Below the pieces are notes generated by a model that was not told where the DNA came from, did not search any database, and was given only the letters and a program-made list of their open reading frames with translations. 64,000 nt of DNA, taken from NCBI GenBank assembly GCA_913061155.1, contig CAJXSI010000002.1:1167-65166 (forward strand), in the 5' to 3' direction. Below, piece after piece: positions 56,929-64,000 of this stretch. Within the stretch, counting starts at the first letter, position 1, and each line of letters opens with the position of its first letter. Source of the stretch: an uncultured Alphaproteobacteria bacterium. GTDB lineage: Bacteria > Pseudomonadota > Alphaproteobacteria > UBA7879 > VGCX01. A program made the translations under genes and the position numbers.

Positions 56929-58233
56929 ATGAACACGTATATTTTTTGGAGTGCTATTGCTGGATTAGCTGTGGCCTTTATTGGATCTGGTTTTAAAGGT
57001 AAACAGACAGACCAAACAATCGAAGACTATTTTATTTGTCGATCATCCTTAAAATTGGGCTGGTTAACGTTAACGATATTGGCCACCCAATTGGGGGGCG
57101 GTGCTGTCATCGGGGCCGCTGAAACAGCCTACACAAGTGGTTGGGTGGGGTGTTTTTACTCCTTAGGGATTTGCTTAGGCCTCCTGATTATGGGAATTTT
57201 CGTCGCCCCAAAATTAAAAACGTATAACTTAATGACGATGGCCTCTGTTTTCGGCGAAGTATATCAATCACGAAGGTTGCGGACTTTTTCCGCTTGTTTA
57301 TCCGTCATTACATTATTCTTTATCTTGGTGGCCATTGGGGTGTCTTGCCGAAAATTATTTACCTATTTGGGATATGATTCCCCATGGATATTGGCTGGAT
57401 TCTGGTTTGTGATTTTGGGGTATACCGTTATGGGTGGCTTACGCGCAGTTGTTATAACGGATGCTATTCAGGTTATTTTTATCTTAATTGTTTTTTCGGG
57501 TATTGCCTTATACGTTACCCAAATGCCGGATCTAAAGATGACTATTGTTGCTTATTCCCCACCTGAAAATACAGATATTCGTTGGACGGATTGGGTATTA
57601 ATGCCGCTTTGTTTTATGATTATCAGTCAGGACATGGGGCAACGGTGTTTTGCCGCAATGGACAAGACCGCCATTCAAAAAGGAATGATTATTGGGGCTT
57701 TGGTCTTGATGGTTGCTTCAACCGTTCCGGTTGTTATTGGTATTTTGGGGGCCCAGACGGGAATTGTTTCACATTCGGGCAGTATTTTAATGACGGTGGT
57801 GGAAAATATTTTTTCACCCACAATGGTTAGTTTAATTGCCATTTCGATTATCATTGCCATTGTTTCCACAGCAGATTCTTTGTTGTGTGCCATCAGTTCC
57901 AATATTTCAATTGATATTATGCGCAACAGTTCTGTCTTAAAAAGTAAAGGTATTACCTTTTTGATTGGGGTGGCGGCGATGATGTTTTCTTATTCAAAAT
58001 CAAACGTTATTCCAGTGATGATTATTGGCTATGAAATTTCAGTTTTTGCTTTGTTTATTCCTTTTTTAATGGGGTTGTATAAAAAGCCTGTAACTGAAAA
58101 GCAGGCCTTAATTTCAATTGGCGTAGGGGGGCTGTTTTTTATTCTTAAAAAAATGGCCCCTTTCCCTGGATTGGAATTTTTGATGTTAATAGGGTGTTCT
58201 TTGCCCTACATGTTTAAAAAGACAATTAGTTAG
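56929..58233 (+). CDS. Sodium:solute symporter (SSS family) transporter
   Basis: SD AGGAAAAG. N-terminal …LKLGWLTLTILATQLGGGAVIGAAETAYTSGW… is typical of SSS. ~13 TM. Confidence 0.8.
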   Translation: MNTYIFWSAIAGLAVAFIGSGFKGKQTDQTIEDYFICRSSLKLGWLTLTILATQLGGGAVIGAAETAYTSGWVGCFYSLGICLGLLIMGIFVAPKLKTYNLMTMASVFGEVYQSRRLRTFSACLSVITLFFILVAIGVSCRKLFTYLGYDSPWILAGFWFVILGYTVMGGLRAVVITDAIQVIFILIVFSGIALYVTQMPDLKMTIVAYSPPENTDIRWTDWVLMPLCFMIISQDMGQRCFAAMDKTAIQKGMIIGALVLMVASTVPVVIGILGAQTGIVSHSGSILMTVVENIFSPTMVSLIAISIIIAIVSTADSLLCAISSNISIDIMRNSSVLKSKGITFLIGVAAMMFSYSKSNVIPVMIIGYEISVFALFIPFLMGLYKKPVTEKQALISIGVGGLFFILKKMAPFPGLEFLMLIGCSLPYMFKKTIS

Positions 58234-58268
58234 GCAAAAGAAAAAGGCTGGGATAAAAAACCAGCCTT
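58233..58268 (-). terminator. Terminator-like hairpin between the convergent symporter gene and the cNMP-permease/SBP operon. Its T-run is on the minus strand.
   Basis: aaggctgg-gataaaaaa-ccagcctt. On the minus strand it is followed by TTTTTCTTTTG. Confidence 0.45.
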
Positions 58269-58383
58269 GCCGCCTAAAGAAGTTGTCAGCCTATTATCTG
58301 ACAGGGGATTCTTTGTATAGGCAGGAACCCCGGTTATATAAACGTGTAAGATGATTGTAACCTAATCTGTATGCTTCAAGTTT

Positions 58384-59415
58384 TTAGCCAATAGTTTGGA
58401 TATTAGGCATTATTTCTGAATTAAAAGGAACAAGTCCCTGGTTAATAAGGATTCCTTTATTGCTAGAAATTTCCGAAGATTGATAGAAATCAATAAATTT
58501 TTGAAGGCCATCCACCATGCGCAGTCTGTCTTTTCGGGCATAGATATATAAAGGCCTTGATAAAAGATAGTCTTGTGAGGCAATACTATCAAAAGAGGGG
58601 GCCACCCCCCCAATTGTGATGGCCTGAATTTTGTCTTTAAATTTTTTAATAAAACTGTATCCCATAATGCCCAACATTCCAGGGTTATCGTTAATCTTTT
58701 GAACGAATAAATCATGGGAATCGCCTAAATCATATTTTGTGGCAATAATAACGTGATCGCTGTCTTGCCTATAGGTGTTACAGATTTTTTCATATCGATG
58801 TGGGTTTGATTCTTTGATCTTTTGAATCCATTTATTGGTGGCACACCCTTTATCCATGGCAAGTTCTAGGAAAGATCCATAAGTTCCGTTTTTGACTTGG
58901 GGTAATAATAATTGGATTTTTATATTGGGAAGTTTGGGGTTAATATCCCGCCATTTTTTATAAGGATTCTTGATCAGTTTTCCATATTTATTTGGAACTT
59001 GTTTTGCCATCGCAAGAAATAATTCTTCAAGTGTAATGTTGAAGTTTTTGGTTCCTTTTTTGACGCTTAAGATAATACCATCATAGCCAAAAGGAACCTC
59101 TAAAATAGGACCCACCCCATTTTTTTGACATAAGGTGATTTCCGATTCTTTTATTTTTCTGGATGCCCCAACTATGTCAGGTGAAAAGTTATGCTTGGCT
59201 GGGCCGCAAAAAACAGCCATTCCCTGACCTGTGCCAGTCCCTTCGACAAAGGGTTCTATTTTATTAAAATTCTTTGAAAAATTCTTGGCAACTTCAACAG
59301 AAAATGGATAGACAGTTGTGGATCCAACAGATCGAATTTGCAACCTTTTTGCGGCTGCATTCCCCGCCAATAGGCAGAATAAAATTAATAATATTTTATA
59401 ATTTGTATTTACCAT
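58384..59415 (-). CDS. PstS-family (PBP-like_2) periplasmic phosphate/anion-binding protein
   Basis: Signal peptide and the …VGSTTVYPFS… plus …EGTGTGQG… motifs typical of PstS-like binding proteins. No pstCAB nearby. Confidence 0.7.
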   Translation of the reverse strand: MVNTNYKILLILFCLLAGNAAAKRLQIRSVGSTTVYPFSVEVAKNFSKNFNKIEPFVEGTGTGQGMAVFCGPAKHNFSPDIVGASRKIKESEITLCQKNGVGPILEVPFGYDGIILSVKKGTKNFNITLEELFLAMAKQVPNKYGKLIKNPYKKWRDINPKLPNIKIQLLLPQVKNGTYGSFLELAMDKGCATNKWIQKIKESNPHRYEKICNTYRQDSDHVIIATKYDLGDSHDLFVQKINDNPGMLGIMGYSFIKKFKDKIQAITIGGVAPSFDSIASQDYLLSRPLYIYARKDRLRMVDGLQKFIDFYQSSEISSNKGILINQGLVPFNSEIMPNIQTIG

Positions 59416-60454
59416 TTATCTTATTTCCTTCGTAATAAAGCCCAGAGGCAATGGCAAAAGATTTATAAATTTCTGGAATTCCTAAATCATCATACATTGA
59501 ATATTTTGTGTTTAAGCTTATTAAAAAATGTTCCGTTGTTAAGACTTTTGTTTTAACGGCTTTTTCTTGAATAATTTCCAAGACAAGTTGGGCCGTATTT
59601 TTTCCTTCAGATAAAGAAGATGTTGATACAGACAGGGGGACGCCATCTTTTGAATTTGTTTCATATAAACCAATGACGGGGATGGCCGAATTTTTAACTG
59701 TCCAAGAAATAACATCTTTAGAAGAAACAATCGTATTATCTGTCATTGATGTTTTCAGGTTCCTGTAATTTGACAAAAAGATAAAATCAACCTCAGCCAG
59801 GTGGTTTAGCTTTTTGACAGATTCCTTCCATTCTTCAAAGGTATCAACCATGATTGAATCTGTTAAAACATGGGGATCCCATGAATGGGTTAAGATAAAC
59901 TTATCATCCACTTTCATTAAGGTAGTTTGATCCCCAATGGAGGCAAGCTTCAGGCTTTTTTTGTTTTTCTTTAGGCTGGATAAAACTTTCTTAACATCAT
60001 TTAACGGAAATTGTTCTTGAACGCCTGAAACATTTTTTGCATTTGTATAGTCATAAGAAGAAGGATCCTTGATTTTTGCATAGACAAGGCTGATATGGGG
60101 GTTGCCAATATAGTTTTTCCCCACATATTCTTGTGCTTCCTCGCCAACGGCGACGATGACTTCTGGTTTTAGATCCTCAATAATATTTTCTGCAGATATT
60201 CCTGATGAAACTTTATAACGTTCAGATTGTTTATTTAACGTGTTCATAAAATAATTTAAGATAGAAGGATTCTTATCATGTTGAAGCTTTTTTAAAAACC
60301 CTTTGTTAAAGGCACGGACAGAAGACAGCGTCGTATCATAACTATGAATAATAATAATTCTGGGCCGGTTTAAGTTATAAGATAAAATAAACCAAAAAAT
60401 AACCAGAATCAGTATTCCCTTAACAATAAAAAATCTTTTTTTAATCATCATCAT
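59396..60454 (-). CDS. Periplasmic substrate-binding-like protein (type-I PBP fold / 'ABC_sub_bind'-like). The start is the ATG overlapping the upstream TGA.
   Basis: N-terminal anchor MMMIKKRFFIVKGILILVIFWFIL, then …RIIIIHSYDTTLSS… alternating beta/alpha pattern. Family assignment is tentative. Confidence 0.45.
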   Translation of the reverse strand: MMMIKKRFFIVKGILILVIFWFILSYNLNRPRIIIIHSYDTTLSSVRAFNKGFLKKLQHDKNPSILNYFMNTLNKQSERYKVSSGISAENIIEDLKPEVIVAVGEEAQEYVGKNYIGNPHISLVYAKIKDPSSYDYTNAKNVSGVQEQFPLNDVKKVLSSLKKNKKSLKLASIGDQTTLMKVDDKFILTHSWDPHVLTDSIMVDTFEEWKESVKKLNHLAEVDFIFLSNYRNLKTSMTDNTIVSSKDVISWTVKNSAIPVIGLYETNSKDGVPLSVSTSSLSEGKNTAQLVLEIIQEKAVKTKVLTTEHFLISLNTKYSMYDDLGIPEIYKSFAIASGLYYEGNKINGKYKL

Positions 60455-62328
60455 AGGCTTAATAATCCTATTGATTTCCAATAGGGCAAACTTAAATAGA
60501 TAGCTGCCAACTTTAATAAGTTAAGAATCGCATTTAAGGTTAAAACAGAACGTTCTTTAAAGGGATGATTTTTCATTAAAACAAATCGAAAGTTTGAATA
60601 TTCGGGTGATTGAAAAGGAAAGTAAAAAGATTCGCCAAAAATTAAAATAATGAAGGCCATAATCCAGGGGGATATTCCAATTGTTTGGGCAATCGGAATA
60701 AGGATGGACCCAAAAATAAAAATTGTGGGGCCTTTGGGCATAACAAAACGGGTTAAGGTAATTAAGACGAATAAAATCGCAATCGTTTTATTGAAATTGC
60801 CTAAGATATAATTTCCAACAAATTCAAGTTTATCTGAAATCATGTGCAATAGGCCAATATGATTGGCTGTGGATAGCAATCCCGTTAACCCTGCCAGATA
60901 AACCAACTCTGTCCAGTTGATGTCAGTATTAAACCCATCGCGTCGGATGAAACTGAAAGTTAAAAATGTTGACATGACAAGCAAGGCAATGGTTTCAGGA
61001 TTAATTCGATGATACCGAGATGTCGCCATGCCAATAAAACAGATCAGGGTTCCCACCGCGGCAGCCCATTCATAAGAAGTTGGGGGACCCAAGGTTTCAA
61101 GCTGCCGGGAAATCAGGGTTTTTGACAATTTTATTTTTGTGAACCCCCGCATTAGAATGGCCATGGCAATAGAATGCAGAACAATTAAAATAAGGGCTGT
61201 GACGAAGGATGCCTTAAGCCAACCCATCCATTGGAATTGCGCCTGATATTGTCCCCAGAATAATCCAAGTAATACATAATTGCGTACAGAACTACTAAGA
61301 AAAGAAGGGCCTAACAACGTAACGCTTTGCAACGCATTGGCAACAACAACAGTCCACATCTTTTCTTTGTAATGAAGGCGTAAGGTGGCATACGCATCTT
61401 TTACAAAAGAGGCCGATAAGTTAACCCTGTTTGTCATATCAGGAACAGTAGGCGTCAGAATCGACCCCAGGGTAAACATGGACATGTTAACCAAAATATT
61501 ATTCTTAGGCACCTTATTTAACAAATTTAATAAGATCCTATAAAGTAACCCAGAAGACATAATAATAGCGGCAATTCCAAAGATACCAAGGGCCATGATA
61601 AAGGTTCTGGACGAAAATCCAGATAAAATAACTTTGGGATCTGTTAACCCAATCCCCAAGCTGATCAACAAGGCGAAGATAGATGGGATGAATTCAGGAA
61701 CCAACCGGAATGCCCATGTTATAAGGGTTCCAGATAAAATACATAAAAATAACTTTTGTTTTATTTGGAAATCGTAATAATTCCCCAAAACATAAAATAA
61801 AATAATGGGCGTTAAAATGGCCAAAATCCATCCGAATAAGTAAATGTTTTCATTAAAAGGAAGGTCGACTTTTTTCTTTCGGATACCTTTTTCAGGTTTC
61901 TGCTGAAATTTTCTTGTGAATTCACGCGAAAAATTCAAAATTAATTCATTCAACATTTTCCGATCATTTTTGACAAGCTGAATTAAATCATATTTATGAA
62001 TTCTTGCAACTGTTACATCCTGGGATGTTGCCGTGGCTGTTCCAATATAATCTTTTTGATCCAGGGCACATTCTTCACCAAAAAGCATGCCTTCTTTTAA
62101 AGGAATAATTTGGTCTTTTATTTTAAGATTTATGGCGCCTTCAACCAAGAAATATAAAAAGTCAGCTTCTTTCGATGGGCGTGTGATCAGTTGATTTCTT
62201 TTATAAGTATGTAGGGAAAATAGGGCGATTAAGCGTGCTTTTGATCCTTGGGGAAGGACAGAGAAAGGACCTAATTCATTTTGGACTATTCTTTTTATTT
62301 TCTTTAAGCATCTGCTTTCAATCGTCAT
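60451..62328 (-). CDS. Cyclic-nucleotide-binding domain fused to a multi-TM anion permease (ArsB/NhaD/SLC13-like superfamily)
   Basis: N-terminal cNMP-binding fold with …GMLFGEECAL… and …ATATSQDVTVARI…. About 12 further TM segments. Confidence 0.65.
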   Translation of the reverse strand: MTIESRCLKKIKRIVQNELGPFSVLPQGSKARLIALFSLHTYKRNQLITRPSKEADFLYFLVEGAINLKIKDQIIPLKEGMLFGEECALDQKDYIGTATATSQDVTVARIHKYDLIQLVKNDRKMLNELILNFSREFTRKFQQKPEKGIRKKKVDLPFNENIYLFGWILAILTPIILFYVLGNYYDFQIKQKLFLCILSGTLITWAFRLVPEFIPSIFALLISLGIGLTDPKVILSGFSSRTFIMALGIFGIAAIIMSSGLLYRILLNLLNKVPKNNILVNMSMFTLGSILTPTVPDMTNRVNLSASFVKDAYATLRLHYKEKMWTVVVANALQSVTLLGPSFLSSSVRNYVLLGLFWGQYQAQFQWMGWLKASFVTALILIVLHSIAMAILMRGFTKIKLSKTLISRQLETLGPPTSYEWAAAVGTLICFIGMATSRYHRINPETIALLVMSTFLTFSFIRRDGFNTDINWTELVYLAGLTGLLSTANHIGLLHMISDKLEFVGNYILGNFNKTIAILFVLITLTRFVMPKGPTIFIFGSILIPIAQTIGISPWIMAFIILIFGESFYFPFQSPEYSNFRFVLMKNHPFKERSVLTLNAILNLLKLAAIYLSLPYWKSIGLLSL

Positions 62329-62346
62329 TCTTTGGCATCTATTTTA

Positions 62347-62538
62347 CTATTTTAGCTTTTCTCTTTTATACGAAGTTTTTTTAGAATGGTCATTAATGGA
62401 AATTTCAAATTCCCCTTTTTCACCTGTAAAAAGACCTGGGCCATTAACCTGGTCTGTGGGTAAAACTTCTTGACCCTCGTAGTTGCTGCAACTAACAAGG
62501 GTCAAGATTGCGAAAAGGGCACTTAAAAGCTTTTTCAT
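62347..62538 (-). CDS. Small lipoprotein (63 aa)
   Basis: Lipobox …LTLVSC. Lies between the porin and the permease operon. Confidence 0.4.
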   Translation of the reverse strand: MKKLLSALFAILTLVSCSNYEGQEVLPTDQVNGPGLFTGEKGEFEISINDHSKKTSYKREKLK

Positions 62539-62549
62539 TTATGGGCGCT

Positions 62550-63797
62550 CTAGAATTTTAGACGTGCACCAAGCATGACTACGTGAATATCTTTATAATC
62601 TTTTGTGCTTGATTTTTGAACATCAAATTGATGACCACGCCATGTTAAGAACATTTCTGTTGCGGCACTATCAAATTTTTGCAATGCTGTCGCACCAAAT
62701 AATTTTGCCGTTCCTTTTTTGTCCGCATCTGTTGATAGGTTACGTGTTTGACCATAGTCAACAGAGAAGATTGTTTTACCACAATCCAACATATCAACAT
62801 GTTGTCCAAGTTTTACAAAATAGTTTTCAGCATTTGATCCACCAGGACGGTTTCTGTAATCACGTGTTCCCCCTGCAAAACTGATGTTTGTACCAAAAGG
62901 TGCAAGAACGGACAAACTTCCGTTATATTGCTTGTATTGACCCCCATCGTTTCTGACGGCTGCGGCAGCTGCACGAACTGTGTAGCCACTGATCTTTGCG
63001 CCATAGAACAAGGCGGCATCATGTGTGCTGTTATTACCAGTTGTTGATCCTGAGGCACTGTGTCCTACGCGAAGTTGGACCCCTTGAAAGATTGGTGAGT
63101 CATAACGAATGCGTTGCTTACGACCATTCCCGTCGAATGGGTCGTATACTTCAATTAAGCGTGGGCTTGTTTTTGGATCAGTGGTTATTTCGCCTTTGTT
63201 CACGAAATAAGATGAATCTGTCAAGTAAGATGATGTTGCAAGATATGTTCCCGAAAGATCTTGTTCAGATGAATCGTCTGTTGCACTTGGTCCTTTACCC
63301 ATATATAAAGTACCCATTTTTTGACTCATCAACAAAAATTCTGCCCGCCTTGGATCAAGGTTATTTTTCTTAGCAGCGCCGGATCGAAGACTTACATCGG
63401 AAGAGTTATTAGGTCGGTAACCAAATTCAAAAATACTTTTTGCCGTTAAATCGTCACTGATGGGTGCTTCAGCAATAAAATGCGTACGTGTTGTACTGTT
63501 ATTGTTTGTTACGTGATAAACACCAGTTTTGGCCCCATCATCAGCCCAAGCTGTGGCAACGCTTACGTGTCCACCAATTGTTAGTTTAACTTTTTCATCA
63601 CGGGAATGAACAACTGTATTATCAGATTGTTTATGCATACGGCTGGACCCAGAAGATTTCCCTTCCAAGGCATCCAAACGTGCATTTAATTCATTAATTT
63701 GTTGGCGCAAAGTCATTACTTCGCTGGAATCTGCATGGCTTATTCCTGCAGAAAGAATCGCTGCTACAGCTGCAAAACCTATTAGAACTTTTTTCAT
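62550..63797 (-). CDS. Outer-membrane porin-like beta-barrel protein with an N-terminal coiled-coil segment
   Basis: Signal peptide …ILSAGISHA|DSS, coiled coil (…LRQQINELNARLDALEG…), alternating amphipathic strands, C-terminal …VMLGARLKF ending in aromatic Phe. Confidence 0.55.
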   Translation of the reverse strand: MKKVLIGFAAVAAILSAGISHADSSEVMTLRQQINELNARLDALEGKSSGSSRMHKQSDNTVVHSRDEKVKLTIGGHVSVATAWADDGAKTGVYHVTNNNSTTRTHFIAEAPISDDLTAKSIFEFGYRPNNSSDVSLRSGAAKKNNLDPRRAEFLLMSQKMGTLYMGKGPSATDDSSEQDLSGTYLATSSYLTDSSYFVNKGEITTDPKTSPRLIEVYDPFDGNGRKQRIRYDSPIFQGVQLRVGHSASGSTTGNNSTHDAALFYGAKISGYTVRAAAAAVRNDGGQYKQYNGSLSVLAPFGTNISFAGGTRDYRNRPGGSNAENYFVKLGQHVDMLDCGKTIFSVDYGQTRNLSTDADKKGTAKLFGATALQKFDSAATEMFLTWRGHQFDVQKSSTKDYKDIHVVMLGARLKF

Positions 63798-63958
63798 TAT
63801 ACCCCCCTTAAGGTTATTAAATATTAAATAAATATTAACTTAATGAATAATTTATTGCAATAGATTTTTTGAAATGGAAAGGGTTGCTATGACTTTACAA
63901 AAAAAAATCACAAGTTTAATAAAAACCTGTACGCTGTAATTATAAACAGGAGGCAAGT

Positions 63959-64000
63959 ATGAAAAAAATAATATTTCTGTGGGGGGTATTAATGATATCA
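63959..64000 (+). CDS. 5' end of a signal-peptide protein gene (MKKIIFLWGVLMIS…) that runs past the window end
   Basis: SD GGAGG 7 nt upstream. Only 14 codons are visible. Confidence 0.3.
   Translation, partial: MKKIIFLWGVLMIS

Overview
This window is an AT-rich chromosomal segment, roughly 35-40% GC by eye. It resembles the streamlined genome of a host-associated alphaproteobacterium, possibly an endosymbiont lineage close to Rickettsiales or Holosporales. That placement is inferred from gene content: class II RNR, alphaproteobacterial-type 5-aminolevulinate synthase, a cpoB-tilS-ftsH block, a kdsD-lptCAB-hpf block without rpoN, and an atpHAGDC operon. Most of the window is dense, often overlapping housekeeping genes. 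These include nrdJ (partial), mlaD, tRNA-Ser, UDG, rnhB, xerC, tal, priA, cpoB, tilS, ftsH, glmM, an RND pump, rlmE, hemA, lpxC, dnaN-recF-gyrB, a PBP1A-family gene, trhO, kdsD-lptCAB-hpf, atpHAGDC, a HIT gene and xerD. The following features are not housekeeping:
(1) A twice-occurring two-gene module, the strongest candidate here for an undescribed system. Each copy pairs a paralogous ~245-aa outer-membrane-type protein with a signal-peptide protein that has an Ala/Gly-rich low-complexity C-terminus and a Lys-rich tail. One copy sits directly downstream of a TolC-less RND pump. The other carries a strikingly GC-rich tandem-repeat core.
(2) A bacterial mitochondrial-carrier-family (MCF) protein with three canonical Px[DE]xx[KR] repeats. 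This is a eukaryote-like protein next to marR and xerD.
(3) Two clusters of REP/MITE-like elements made of hairpins with an invariant CTTGA pentaloop and co-varying GC stems. Composite ~130-170-bp copies lie in inverted orientation on either side of a 4.2-kb segment, with ~180-bp direct repeats and a 52-bp tandem array alongside.
(4) An operon encoding a cNMP-binding-domain::anion-permease fusion plus two orphan periplasmic substrate-binding proteins and no ABC components.
(5) Smaller items: a perfect 16-bp palindrome at the marR start, a structured leader upstream of a sodium:solute symporter, and an orphan strong terminator in an AT-rich 560-bp spacer.
I found no CRISPR, integrase-bounded island, rRNA or obvious prophage.
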